From Macrostomum hystrix (taxonomy: Eukaryota > Animalia > Platyhelminthes): a stretch of DNA of 64,000 nucleotides. The notes under the pieces are model-generated. The model did no database searches and was not told the origin of the DNA. It worked only from the letters and a program-made list of their open reading frames with translations. Where the stretch lies: positions 1,116,001-1,180,000 of the forward strand of contig CATNEN010000039.1 of NCBI GenBank assembly GCA_950097015.1. The letters run 5' to 3'. Made by a program: the position numbers and the translations under genes. Within the stretch, counting starts at the first letter, position 1. Every line of letters starts with the position of its first letter. Below, one piece after another: positions 1-13,700 of this stretch.

Positions 1-670
1 GATGGGATTCTAGTTGGGATTCTAGTTGGGATTCTAGACGGGATTCTAGATAAGATTCTAGTTGGTATTCTAGATGAGACTCTCGATGAGACTCTAGATG
101 GGATTCTAGACGGGATTCTAGATAGGATTCTAGTTGGTATTCTAGATAAGATTCAAGATAGAATTCTAGATGGAATTTTAGTTGGGATTCTAGATGGGAT
201 TTTAGTTGGGATTCTAGATGGGATTCTATTTAGGATTCTAGATAGGATTCAAGATAGAATTCTAGATGGAATTTTAGTTGAGATTCAATATGGGATTCTA
301 GATGGGATTCAAGTTGGGATTCTAGATGGGATTCTAGTTGGGATTCTAGATAGGATTCTAGTTGGTATTCTAGATAATATTCAAGATAGAATTCTAGATG
401 GGATTCTAGATGGGATTCTAGATGGGATTCTAGATGGGATTCTAGATAAGATTCGAGATAGAATTCTAGATGGGATTTTAGTTGGGATTCAATATGGGAT
501 TCTAGATGGGATTCAAGTTGGGATTCTAGATGGGATTCTAGATGGGATTCTAGTTGGGATTCTAGATGGGATTCTAGATGGGATTCCAGATGGGATTCTT
601 GATAGAATTCTAGATCAAATTCTAGATTATATAAGGTAAACTTTTTTTTGAAAACATTCTAGATGGGATG
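1..670. repeat. Minisatellite, 12-bp unit GATGGGATTCTA (runs off the window start)
   Basis: Direct tandem copies with variants; probably intronic to the tetraspanin. Confidence 0.95.
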
Positions 671-845
671 CTAAAGACGCGATCTATCGGGAAATTTTCA
701 AATGCGAGTTCAGATCATGCATTGGAAAAATTTGCCTAAAAATAACTTAGCATGGATAAAAGAACCAATTGTAAATAGTTACATGGCATTCTTAGTAAAT
801 TAAAAATTTAAGAATAACTTAGTGAGGCAGAGGGTTAGACGTGAC

Positions 846-1279
846 GGATAATGGCTGGCATGGAACTGATGGAACAGTGGATAATGGCTGACATGGAACT
901 GATGGAACAGTGGATAATGGCTGACATGGAACTGATGGAACAGTGGATAATGGCTGGCATAGAACTGATGGAATGGTGGATAATGGCTGGCATGGAACTG
1001 ATGGAACAGTGGATAATGGCTGGCATGGAACTGATGGAATGGTGGATAATGGCTGACATGGAACTGATGGAATGGTGGATAATGGCTGGGATGGAACTGA
1101 TGGAATGGTGGATAATGGCTGACATGGAACTGATGAAATGGTGGATAATGGCTGGCATGGAACTGATGGAATGGTGGATAATGGCTGACATGGAACTGAT
1201 GGAATGGTGGATAATGGCTGGCATGGAACTGATGGAATGGTGGATAATGGCTGGCATGGAACTGATGGAATGGTGGATG
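846..1279. repeat. Minisatellite, 33-bp unit GGATAATGGCTGGCATGGAACTGATGGAATGGT
   Basis: About 13 tandem copies upstream of the acceptor at 1379-1380. Confidence 0.95.
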
Positions 1280-1380
1280 CAACCGAAAGACGGATAAAGT
1301 GGGCTTAAGGGCCAACAGGCAACAGCAGACAGAAGGACAAACTGCAGTGCAGTGTCGAGCTGATTCCCGCACCGTTCCAG

Positions 1381-3087
1381 TACGTGGTGCTGGTCCTCCT
1401 GCTGACGCTGCTGTTCCTGGGATTCATCTTTGGCTACCTGGTGTTCAGGCAGGAGATGTACAACCTTGGTTCCAAGGAGATGAAGCGACTTATCACTGAG
1501 CAGTACAAGGGCAGCCACTCCAGCAGTCAGAATGACTTCAGCAAAATTATGGATATTGTGCAGGGCCGGGTGAGTACCAGCTGAGGGTTGGTGTTCTCTT
1601 GAATATGAGGCAATGAGATTTGCGGCTAACATTTTAGCTGGGGTGCTGCGCCATCGACAACTACACGGACTTTTACTCGGCCAAACAGTGGAATCGAACC
1701 TATTACCTGTCCTCCGAGTCCAGATACGTCGGTAAGTTGATTCGAAAGTTAGGCATAGTCAGAGCCGAGTTTGTACAGAAGTCAGCCCACCGCTTCAGTC
1801 CCTGAAGCCAGTCAGCCCACCGCTTCAGTCCCTGAAGTCAGTCAGCCCACCGCTTCAGTCCCTGAAGTCAGTCAGCCAACCGCTTCAGCCCCTGAAGTCC
1901 CTCAGCCCACCGCTTCAGTCCCTGAAGTCAGTCAGCCAACCGCTTCGGTCCCTGAAGTCCCTCAGCCCACCGCTTCAGTCCCTGAAGTCCCTCAGCCCAC
2001 CGCTTCAGTCTCTCAAGTCCCTCAGCCCACCGCTTCAGTCCCTGAAGTCAGTCAGCCAACCGCTTCAGCCCCTGAAGTCCCTCAGCCCACCGCTTCAGTC
2101 CCTGAAGTCAGTCAGCCAACCGCTTCGGTCCCTGAAGTCGGTCAGCCAACCGCTTCAGTCCCTGAAGTCAGTCAGCCAACCGCTTCAGTCCCTGAAGTCA
2201 GTCAGCCCACCGCTTCAGTCCCTGAAGTCAGTCAGCCCACCGCTTCAGTCCCTGAAGTCAGTCAGCCAACCGCTTCGGTCCCTGAAGTCAGTTAGCCCAC
2301 CGCTTCAGTCCCTGAAGTCAGTCAGCCAACCGCTTCGGTCCCTGAAGTCAGTCAGCCCACCGCTTCGGTCCCTGAAGTCAGTTAGCCCACCGCTTCAGTC
2401 CCTGAAGTCAGTCAGCCAACCGCTTCGGTCCCTGAAGTCAGTCAGCCCACCGCTTCGGTCCCTGAAGTCAGTTAGCCCACCGCTTCAGTCCCTGAAGTCA
2501 GTCAGCCCACCACTAACCTCAGCCAGTTGATGCCCCGCAGAGCTGGTGGCGCCAGTCTCCTGCTGCAAGCTGAGCTGGACCACCTGGGAGCCGCTTGACA
2601 ACAACTGCACCTACAACCCGTTGCCGGGCAACAGCAATTACTTGAAGAGCTGCTACGGCAAGCTGTGGGACATTCTTACCAACATCGCGAATATTGTCCT
2701 CTGCATCTTGGCCATCACGGCGGCCATCACGGTGAGCAATGCTTGAGCACTGAGCTCAACACCAGAATTAGTTGGGGTCGGAGTAAGAGCAGGTTTAGCA
2801 CCACACAAGTGCCCAGTCCTTTAGATAGTCACCAGGGCAACTGTTTCTGAGGCATTAACAATACGAGGGGTTGCGCGTCATTTTCACGGGCAGTTAATTT
2901 TCTTTTAAACTGCTAATCAACAATATTTCGGATTGGCCAGGAGCGCCTGATATTAAAAAAGTTCACGGACTTTTGGAACACCCTCATAATTGCTTTAAAA
3001 CTCTGAAATTTCACGCAGGCCTGCATTAGTGCGCTGGCGATCATCATGCTCCGCTACCACATAAAAAATGACATCACTCCACTGTGA
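1381..3087 (+). CDS. Tetraspanin, 3' part (TM3, EC2, TM4, tail); 5' exons lie outside the window
   Basis: Exons 1381-1569, 1638-1731, 2541-2731, 3019-3087 with GT-AG introns and consistent phase. Translation YVVLVLLLTLLFLGFIFGYLVF...MDIVQGRLGCCAIDNYTDF...APVSCC...NYLKSCYGKLWDIL...ACISALAIIMLRYHIKNDITPL* shows the tetraspanin EC2 cysteine pattern (CCx, PxSCC, C before TM4). Confidence 0.88.
1779..2511. repeat. Intronic minisatellite, 30-bp unit GTCAGCCCACCGCTTCAGTCCCTGAAGTCA
   Basis: Fills tetraspanin intron 1732-2540. Confidence 0.95.
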
Positions 3088-3400
3088 GAGGCGAGAGGCG
3101 TATCGATCGAGTCGAACTTGACGGAAATATTCGTGACAGGGCGAGCATTTTGTTTTCGCTGCTCCACAATTTGCAGTACACTGCTGCACTCACTGCCTTC
3201 TACCGCCCATGCAGCCTTCTTTTTATAACTTCACAAATTATGTTAACTGTGAACAATATCACTGAAGAAACTGCACAGCCTGCATCCACTCAGTAAATAG
3301 AAAAACTCGCTGAGAGCGCTTTACCTGTACCTGTACGCTGTACTTGAGAACGCTGTACCTGTAGCTAACAACTTAGTAAGGACTTCTGTTGTTAATTTTA

Positions 3401-4660
3401 CCATCCCATTCAGTGCCTTTCAACCAGCTGCATCCCATCCAGTGCCTTTCAACCAGCTGCATCCCATCCAGTGCCTTTCAACCAGCTGCATCCCATCCAG
3501 TGCCTTTCAACCAGCTGCATCCCATCCAGTGCCTTTCAACCAGCTGCATACCATCCAGTGCCTTTCAACCAGCTGCATCCCATTCAGTGCCTTTCAACCA
3601 GCTGCATCCCATTCAGTGCCTTTCAACCAGCTGCATCCGATCCAGTGCCTTTCAACCAGCTGCATCCCATTCAGTGCCTTTCAACCAGCTGCATCCCATT
3701 CAGTGCCTTTCAACCAGCTGCATCCGATCCAGTGCCTTTCAACCAGCTGCATACCATCCAGTGCCTTTCAACCAGCTGCATCCCATCCAGTGCCTTTCAA
3801 CCAGCTGCATCCCATTCAGTGCCTTTCAACCAGCTGCATCCCATCCAGTGCCTTTCAACCAGCTGCATCCCATTCAGTGCCTTTCAACCAGCTGCATCCC
3901 ATCCAGTGCCTTTCAACCAGCTGCATCCCATTCAGTGCCTTTCAACCAGCTGCATCCCATCCAGTGCCTTTCAACCAGCTGCATCCCATTCAATGCCTTT
4001 CAACCAGCTGCATCCCATCCAGTGCCTTTCAACCAGCTGCATCCCATTCAGTGCCTTTCAACCAGCTGCATCCCATCCAGTGCCTTTCAACCAGCTGCAT
4101 CCCATCCAGTGCCTTTCAACCAGCTGCATCCCATCCAGTGCCTTTCAACCAGCTGCATCCCATCCAGTGCCTTTCAACCAGCTGCATCCCATCCAGTGCC
4201 TTTCAACCAGCTGCATCCCATCCAGTGCCTTTCAACCAGCTGCATCCCATCCAGTGCCTTTCAACCAGCTGCATCCCATCCAGTGCCTTTCAACCAGCTG
4301 CATCCCATTCAGTGCCTTTCAACCAGCTGCATCCCATCCAGTGCCTTTCAACCAGCTGCATCCCATCCAGTGCCTTTCAACCAGCTGCATCCCATTCAGT
4401 GCCTTTCAACCAGCTGCATCCCATTCAGTGCCTTTCAACCAGCTGCATCCCATCCAGTGCCTTTCAACCAGCTGCATCCCATTCAATGCCTTTCAACCAG
4501 CTGCATCCCATCCAGTGCCTTTCAACCAGCTGCATCCCATCCAGTGCCTTTCAACCAGCTGCATACCATCCAGTGCCTTTCAACCAGCTGCATCCCATCC
4601 AGTGCCTTTCAACCAGCTGCATACCATCCAGTGCCTTTCAACCAGCTGCATCCCATCCAG
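3401..4660. repeat. Minisatellite, 29-bp unit CAGTGCCTTTCAACCAGCTGCATCCCATC
   Basis: About 43 near-identical copies between the convergent tetraspanin and COA6 3' ends. Confidence 0.97.
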
Positions 4661-4955
4661 GGTCGGTAAAATTTTACAACCAAAAAAAACAGAAAAACAA
4701 ATTAAATTTACAACTTTTTGCGGTTATTTCTACAATCAATTCTAACCAAGGTCCAAACCATTTGCCATGATCCACAATGGCTAAGATGAGCTGCCATACT
4801 ATTCGAAATAATTAAGGCAAATCTATGGGAAATAAAGTGTAATTATCATTCAGGATTGTACAAATACTATGCGAAATGAACACATTGAAGCATATGAAAA
4901 AGACATAAGCACACGCACGCAAACACAGGTGCACAATTGAGGGGTGCTGACTAAG

Positions 4956-6523
4956 TCAGGCGGGCTTGCTCCTGGCCTCGCGGGGAATCGAGAAGGTCAT
5001 GTGACTTTTGATGTCGCTGTCGGACACTTCGCCCCGCTCCATCTTCTCCTTGAACAGGTCGTACTCTTTCTTGCGAACGAAGTGGTCGATCTGAGGGTCA
5101 GGGATTGAGGACCGTTGAGGTTCATCTTCGAAAACCCTAATCAATAGGTTTTTAAAATCCCCAGCCAAATCCATCTTTGAAATCCTTAGCCAAATCCATC
5201 TTTGAAATCCCAAGCCAAATCCATCTTTGAAATCCCCAGCCAAATCCCTCTTTGAAATCCCCAGCCAAATCCATCTTTGAAATCCCCAGCCAAATCCTTC
5301 TTTGAAATCCCCAGCCAAATCCATCTTTGAAATCCCCAGCCAAATCCTTCTTTGAAATCCCCAGCCAAATCCATCTTTGAAATCCCCAGCCAAATCCATC
5401 TTTGAAATCCCAAGCCAAATCCCTCTTTGAAATCCCCAGCCAAATCCATCTTTGAAATCCCCAGCCAAATCCATCGTTGAAATCCCCAGCCAAATCCATC
5501 TTTGAAATCCCCAGCCAAATCCATCTTTGAAATCCCCAGCCAAATCCATCTTTGAAATCCCCAGCCAAATCCCTCTTTGAAATCCCCAGCCAAATTCATC
5601 TTTGAAATCCCCAGCCAAATCCTTCTTTGAAATCCCCAGCCAAATCCATCTTTGAAATCCCCAGCCAAATCCATCTTTGAAATCCCCAGCCAAATCCATC
5701 TTTGAAATCCCCAGCCAAATCCATCTTTGAAATCCCCAGCCAAATCCATCTTTGAAATCCCCAGCCAAATCCATCTTTGAAATCCCCAGCCAAATCCATC
5801 TTTGAAATCCCCAGCCAAATCCATCTTTGAAATCCCCAGCCAAATCCATCTTTGAAATCCCCAGCCAAATCCATCTTTGAAATCCCCAGCCAAATCCATC
5901 TTTGAAATCCCCAGCCAAATCCATCTTTGAAATCCCCAGCCAAATCCATCTTTGAAATCCCCAGCCAAATCCATCTTTGAAATCCCCAGCCAAATCCATC
6001 TTTGAAATCCCCAGCCAAATCCCTCTTTGAAATCCCCAGCCAAATCCATCTTTGAAATCCCCAGCCAAATCCTTCTTTGAAATCCCCAGCCAAATCCATC
6101 TTTGAAATCCCCAGCCAAATCCATCTTTGAAATCCCCAGCCAAATCCATCTTTGAAATCCCCAGCCAAATCCATCTTTGAAATCCCCAGCCAAATCCATC
6201 TTTGAAATCCCCAGCCAAATCCATCTTTGAAATCCCCAGCCAAATCCATCTTTGAAATCCCCAGCCAAATCCTTCTTTGAAATCCCCAGCCAAATCCTTC
6301 TTTGAAATCCCCAGCCAAATCCTTCTTGAGATACCTAATCGAACAGTCTCTCAGAACTCACCCACTGCCTCGGACAGGAGGAGTGGAAGGCCGCCAGCTC
6401 CTTCGAGCAGCCGGCTTTGCCGTCGCCGGCTGCCAGGCAGGCGAAGTAGGCGTCGCGAGCCTGCCAGCACTTCTCCCTGTCAGACTTCAGCAGCATCTTG
6501 CCACTGCCGTCTTTGTTAGCCAT
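4956..6523 (-). CDS. COA6: Cytochrome c oxidase assembly factor 6 (98 aa)
   Basis: Exons 6523-6362 and 5090-4956. Translation REKCWQARDAYFACL...CSKELAAFHSSCPRQW|IDHFVRKKEYDLFKEKME has the CX9C-CX10C COX6B/COA6 signature. Confidence 0.92.
5155..6327. repeat. Intronic minisatellite, 25-bp unit AAATCCCCAGCCAAATCCATCTTTG
   Basis: Fills almost all of COA6 intron 5091-6361. Confidence 0.97.
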
Positions 6524-6639
6524 TGCAGGTGTGTGAGATCAAAGGATTCCGGCTGCTAGCTGAGGATGAACAAAAGATAAGCTTCGGCTGCTGGCTGATG
6601 CTGCGCGGTGTAAATATCAAAATATAACAGTATACTGCA

Positions 6640-7036
6640 TCTGAGGGTGAGGCGGAAAGATCAATGGTACCGAGTGCTATCTGAGGGTGAGGCAGAAAGA
6701 TCAAAGGGTACCCAGTGCTATCTGAGGGTGAGGCAGAAAGATCAAAGGGTACCCAGTGCTATTTGAGGGTGAGGCAGAAAGATCAAAGGGTACCCAGTGC
6801 TATTTGAGGGTGAGGCAGAAAGATCAAAGGGTACCCAGTGCTATTTGAGGGTGAGGCGGAAAGATCAAAGGGTACCCAGTGCTATTTGAGGGTGAGGCGG
6901 AAAGATCAAAGGGTACCCAGTGCTATCTGAGGGTGAGGCGGAAAGATCAAAGGGCACCCAGTGCTATCTGAGGGTGAGGCGGAAAGATCAAAGGGCACCC
7001 AGTGCTATCTGAGGGTGAGGCGGAAAGATCAAAGGG
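6640..7036. repeat. Minisatellite, 41-bp unit CTGAGGGTGAGGCRGAAAGATCAAAGGGTACCCAGTGCTAT
   Basis: About 9.5 copies just upstream of the COA6 5' acceptor. Confidence 0.95.
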
Positions 7037-7573
7037 TTCAAAGCGCGACATTGAATTTACGGCAGAAATATCAAAGGCTTTAATCTCCATTAATAATGAA
7101 AACTAAAAATGCGACATGAAGCCGAAGATAATAATGATTGAGAGCAGTAATCTGATTGGTTTATTGGGGCCGGCTTTAGTAAACTGGATTTGCCAGACCT
7201 GGGTGGGATGCGGGATCACAGCAAGGGGCGAGCCGACGAGCTACAAGAAAAAATCTGAAATTGGTTGTCAGCAATGCACCGAATAATATAATTGTGGGCA
7301 CTGCAGGCTTGTCCTACAGAGACTATCAGATAAAAACAACCACGGCAAAATATATTCACGAAAAAATTGCAGTAGAAAAAGCCTCCGAGAAAAAAATTGG
7401 GTCACGGGATGACCAAGGCAAGCATTTTAACAGGTGAAATAAAACAATAGAATAATAATAGAACAATGGGGAAAAAGCTAACACCGAAATATGAATTATG
7501 CACAGTGAATCACCTGACCATTCAGACTTTGCAGCTGAGCGGAAACATGAAAAATTTCTAACTGGCTTTAAAA

Positions 7574-10273
7574 TGGGGAATAAATAGGACAGTGGGGAAT
7601 GAATGGGACAGTGGGGAATGAATGGGACAGTGGGGAATGGATAGGACAGTGGGGAATGAATGGGACAGTGGGGAATGAATGGGACAGTGGGGAATGAATA
7701 GGACAGTGGGGAATGGATAGGACAGTGGGGAATGAATAGGACAGTGGGGAATGAATGGGACAGTGGGGAATGAATAGGACAGTGGGGAATGGATAGGACA
7801 GTGGGGAATGAATAGGACAGTGGGGAATGAATGGGACAGTGGGGAATGAATAGGACAGTGGGGAATGGATAGGACAGTGGGGAATGAATAGGACAGTGGG
7901 GAATAAATAGGACAGTGGGGAATGAATAGGACAGTGGGGAATGAATGGGACAGTGGGGAATGAATAGGACAGTGGGGAATGAATAGGACAGTGGGGAATG
8001 AATGGGACAGTGGGGAATGAATGGGACAGTGGGGAATGAATAGGACAGTGGGGAATGAATAGGACAGTGGGGAATGAATGGGACAGTGGGGAATGAATGG
8101 GACAGTGGGGAAAGAATAGGACAGTGGGGAATGGATGGGACAGTGGGGAATGAATAGGACAGTGGGGAATGAATAGGACAGTGGGGAATGAATAGGACAG
8201 TGGGGAATGAATAGGACAGTGGGGAATGAATAGGACAGTGGGGAATGAATAGGACAGTGGGGAATGAATAGGACAGTGGGGAATGAATGGGACAGTGGGG
8301 AATGAATAGGACAGTGGGGAATGAATAGGACAGTGGGGAATGAATAGGACAGTGGGGAATGAATAGGACAGTGGGAAATGAATGGGACAGTGGGGAATGA
8401 ATGGGACAGTGGGGAATGAATAGGACAGTGGGGAATGAATGGGACAGTGGGGAATGAACGGGACAGTGGGGAATGAATGGGACAGTGGGGAATGAATGGG
8501 ACAGTGGGGAATGAATAGGACAGTGGGGAATGAATGGAATAGTGCAGGGAATGAAGGGACAGAGCAGGGAATGAAGGGACAGAGCAGGGAATGATGGGAC
8601 AGAGCAGGGAATGGAGGGACAGAGCAGGGAATGATGGGACAGAGCAGGGAATGGAGGGACAGAGCAGGGAATGGAGGGACAGAGCAGGGAATGAAGGGAC
8701 AGAGCAGGGAATGAAGGGACAGAGCAGGGAATGGAGGGACAGAGCAGGGAATGGAGGGACAGAGCAGGGAATGGAGGGACAGAGCAGGGAATGATGGGAC
8801 AGAGCAGGGAATGGAGGGACAGAGCAGGGAATGATGGGACAGTGGGGAATGAATGGGACAGTGGGGAATGAATAGGACAGTGGGGAATGAATGGGACAGT
8901 GGGGAATGAATGGGACAGTGGGGAATGGATGGGACAGTGGGGAATAAATAGGACAGAGGGGAATGAATGGGACAGTGGGGAATGAATAGGACAGTGGGGA
9001 ATGAATGGGACAGTGGGGAATGGATGGGACAGTGGGGAATGAATGGGACAGTGGGGAATGAATGGGACAGTGGGGAATGAATGGGACAGTGGGGAATGAA
9101 TAGGACAGTGGGGAATGAATAGGACAGTGGGGAATGAATAGGACAGTGGGGAATGAATAGGACAGTGGGGAATGAATGGGACAGTGGGGAATGAATAGGA
9201 CAGTGGGGAATGAATAGGACAGTGGGGAATGAATAGGACAGTGGGGAATGAATAGGACAGTGGGGAATGAATAGGACAGTGGGGAATGAATGGGACAGTG
9301 GGGAAAGAATAGGACAGTGGGGAATGGATAGGACATTGGGGAATGAATGGGACAGTGGGGAATGAAGGGACAGAGCAGGGAATGATGGGACAGTGGGGAA
9401 TGAATAGGACAGTGGGGAATGAATGGGACAGTGGGGAATGAATGGGACAGTGGGGAATGAATGGGACAGTGGGGAATGGATGGGACAGTGGGGAATGAAT
9501 GGGACAGTGGGGAATGAATGGGACAGTGGGGAATGAATAGGACAGTGGGGAATGAATAGGACAGTGGGGAATGAATAGGACAGTGGGGAATGGATGGGAC
9601 AGTGGGGAATGAATAGGACAGTGGGGAATGAATGGGACAGTGGGGAATGGATGGGACAGTGGGGAATGAATGGGACAGTGGGGAATGAACGGGACAGTGG
9701 GGAATGAATGGGACAGTGGGGAATGAATGGGACAGTGGGGAATGAATAGGACAGTGGGGAATGAATGGAATAGTGCAGGGAATGAAGGGACAGAGCAGGG
9801 AATGAAGGGACAGAGCAGGGAATGATGGGACAGAGCAGGGAATGGAGGGACAGAGCAGGGAATGATGGGACAGAGCAGGGAATGGAGGGACAGAGCAGGG
9901 AATGGAGGGACAGAGCAGGGAATGGAGGGACAGAGCAGGGAATGATGGGACAGAGCAGGGAATGAAGGGACAGAGCAGGGAATGAAGGGACAGAGCAGGG
10001 AATGAAGGGACAGAGCAGGGAATGGAGGGACAGAGCAGGGAATGGAGGGACAGAGCAGGGAATGAAGGGACAGAGCAGGGAATGGAGGGACAGAGCAGGG
10101 AATGAAGGGACAGAGCAGGGAATGAAGGGACAGAGCAGGGAATGGAGGGACAGAGCAGGGAATGGAGGGACAGAGCAGGGAATGAAGGGACAGAGCAGGG
10201 AATGAAGGGACAGAGCAGGGAATGGAGGGACAGAGCAGGGAATGGAGGGACAGAGCAGGGAATGAAGGGACAG
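7574..10273. repeat. Composite purine-rich minisatellite: 19-bp GGACAGTGGGGAATGAATR blocks alternating with 20-bp GGACAGAGCAGGGAATGRAG blocks
   Basis: A-B-A-B block order visible directly. Confidence 0.97.
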
Positions 10274-10730
10274 CTATAAAAATATTGTTCTAGGGATGTT
10301 AATGCTGAGCAGTAAAAAAGTAGATCTGTGGGGTGTGATGTAAAAAGCAATGCTCATAAAAACACTAAGTTGTATTTCTCTTGTCAGTCGCTTGAAATAG
10401 AACTGCAAAGTCTGAATTGTAACAATGACAATGGCACACTACCCACGAGCCTCATAAAAGTAGGGCAAAAAACTAACGACGAGTAGAATGTCCGAAAGAG
10501 AAGCGGCAGACAAGGTGGAGGCCCTAGATAATCTGATTGCCATGAAAGCTGACAAACTTGTGAATTGCGAGCCCAGTGGTGCCTACTGTGAGTAGTGGAG
10601 TGCAGATATTTGAATGGCCTAGACAGTACAATTTGCGCTGCGTGTAAAACACTGTTCTATTCCGAATGGCATTGGAGACCCTTCGCAACCAGACAATGGT
10701 TTCCAATGACGCCACACAGGGATGACGAGT

Positions 10731-13700
10731 CTAGAGGCCCTTGTTGAAGTAGAACCTCTGACTGTCCACGAAGCCCCTGGCCCTCATCCTGGCGTACTCG
10801 GGCTGGTCGAATCGCTTCAGCTGCTGCAGGTAGACGGAGCTGCGGGGAACAAGCAGTAGGCAAGTGCCAGTTATTCCATGGGCAAGATGTACAGCCAGTG
10901 GCACAGCAAAGGATAATTAAGTGTCTCGCTTAAACGGACAATTTCTCAGATGCGATTCGAACTCTGGACGCCTAGACACGGCTAGACTTTTCATTTTTAT
11001 AGCTCATACTAATGACTCATCTTAGCCAAACGAGATATTTGGCAACTCCAGTGTACAGTTTTGGAGGCAGCGAGCGGCCTGACGAGGTCGAAATGTGATT
11101 GGCTGGGCCGAGTTTGGTTGCTGCTATTTTTAGAAAACTTTTTGGGAAACCCCGAATTCAACCAGACTCAATCGTGCCCCAAAAAGCGTGTTAGTCTATA
11201 CAAAGCCTGGCTGACTCACCTGTTCTGTGGAAATATGGCACAGGCCGACGGAACCATGAACAGCAGGCTGCAAGGGAGAGCAAGGGGCAAGGCATGAGGT
11301 GATGCGGCCACGAGGAGGCGGGTGAGAGGGCGGACTCACAAGCAGCCAACGAACAGCGTCTGCAGTGGCGCGTCTAGGATGGCTCGGCGTCTGGCGAACC
11401 ACCGGGCCGTCTCCAGGCGCTCCATAATGAAAGGCGTCACCACTGAGCAAGATGCGGGATTGGACAGCGAACGTATGCAATTGAATGTATCTGAGTGAGC
11501 ACTGAGATTGTGATCGGCTTAGCTCAGGGAGTGGGATAAAGAAGATAAACGGATTCGGGTGGAGGTTGGTGAATTTGGTGGGGTAGGTTAAGTACTGTTG
11601 AGGGTAGGTAGGGTAGGTTTAGTACTGTTGAGGGTAGGTAGGGTAGGTTTAGTACTGTTGAGGGTAGGTTCAGTACTGTTGAGGGTAGGTTCAGTACTGT
11701 TGAGGGTAGTTTCAGTATTGTTGAGGGTAGGTTCAGTACTGTTGAGGGTAGGTTCAGTACTGTTGAGGGTAGGTTCAGTACTGTTGAGGGTAGGTTCAGT
11801 ACTGTTGAGGGTAGGTTCAGTACTGTTGAGGGTAGGTTCAGTATTGTTGAGGGTAGGTTCAGTACTGTTGAGGGTAGGTTCAGTATTGTTGAGGGTAGGT
11901 TCAGTCTGTTGAGGGTAGGTTCAGTACTGTTGAGGGTAGGTTCAGTCTGTTAAGGGTAGGTTCAGTACTGTTGAGGGTAGGTTCAGTACTGTTGAGGGTA
12001 GGTTCAGTACTGTTGAGGGTAGTTTCAGTATTGTTGAGGGTAGGTTCAGTACTGTTGAGGGTAGGTTTAGTACTGTTGAGGGTAGGTTCAGTATTGTTGA
12101 GGGTAGGTTCAGTCTGTTGAGGGTAGGTTTAGTACTGTTGAGGGTAGGTTCAGTACTGTTGAGGGTAGTTTTAGTACTGTTGAGGGTAGGTTCAGTACTG
12201 TTGAGGGTAGGTTCAGTATTGTTGAGGGTAGGTTCAGTACTGTTGAGGGTAGGTTTAGTACTGTTGAGGGTAGGTTCAGTACTGTTGAGGGTAGTTTCAG
12301 TACTGTTGAGGGTAGGTTCAGTACTGTTGAGGGTAGGTTCAGTACTGTTGAGGATAGTTTCAGTACTGTTGAGGGTAGGTTCAGTACTGTTGAGGGTAGG
12401 TTTAGTAGACTCGAAGGCAGGTAGGTTAGTCGGTTAGGTAGCCCTACCCCACTAGGGTTGGTTTGGTAGACTCAAGGGTAGGCCGGGTATGTAAATAGCC
12501 TAGTTGACACGAAAGATACGGTTGCTATGGCAACTCACGCATTCCCGGCGCAGCCATGGTGATACGAGAAGTGACTACCTGAGCGATGCCTTTGCATGCA
12601 GCGTACTGAAAAAAGACAATAGCGAGAAATAAAAGTGCGCCAGTCATCGGCCCCAGGACACCTGACATAAAAAACTCACCCGGGAAGTGCCAACCGGCTC
12701 ACCGGCCTCGTCTTTGACCTGCACGCCCTGGGCAATCTCGGCCTGGCGCATGAGGGGCAAGTTGACCATGTTGGCCGCAGCCACGGCAACAAACGGCACG
12801 AAGCGCTGAGCGAACGGCGGCGCCCGCTTGGCCAGCAAGGCCTTCAGGCCCAGCGAGACGGCGATGGCGGAGCTGGTGGCCGAGGTGTAAGCGATCAGCA
12901 GCTGCTGGTTGGTGATGCCCGAATTGGCGTTCCGGTTGGTGTAGTTTACCAGCGCGTTGAACGACTGGTTCACCCACTGCCAGAACACCACCTGGAGTGC
13001 ATTACCTAAGACTGGTTCACCCACTGCCAGAACACCAGCTGGAGTGCATCACCTGAGACTGGTTCACCCACTGCCAGAACGCCAGCTGGAGTGCATCACC
13101 TGAGACTGGTTCACCCACTGCCAGAACACCAGCTGGAGTGCATCACCTGAGACTGGTTCACCCACTGCCAGAACACCAGCTGGAGTGCATTACCTAAGAC
13201 TGGTTCACCCACTGCCAGAACACCACCTGGAGTGCATCACCTGAGACTGGTTCACCCACTGCCAGAACACCAGCTGGAGTGCATCACCTGAGACTGGTTC
13301 ACCCACTGCCAGAACACCAGCTGGAGTGCATCACCTGAGACTGGTTCACCCACTGCCAGAACACCAGCTGGAGTGCATCACCTGAGACTGGTTCACCCAC
13401 TGCCAGAACACCAGCTGGAGTGCATCACCTGAGACTGGTTCACCCACTGCCAGAACACCAGCTGGAGTGCATCACCTGAGACTGGTTCACCCACTGCCAG
13501 AACGCCAGCTGGAGTGCATCACCTGAGACTGGTTCACCCACTGCCAGAACACCAGCTGGAGTGCATCACCTGAGACTGGTTCACCCACTGCCAGAACACC
13601 ACCTGGAGTGCATTACCTGAGACTAGCAGACCCAAACTGAATAATAAATAAAGCTGTGCACCTGAGGCAGATCCCACCCGCAGTCGCAGCTCACCTGAGC

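Noticed and set aside
2862-2988. Mariner TIR-like end GGAACACCCTCATA (similar one at about 54920) as a MITE
   Set aside because: The opposite end matches only a few bases, so no element can be delimited
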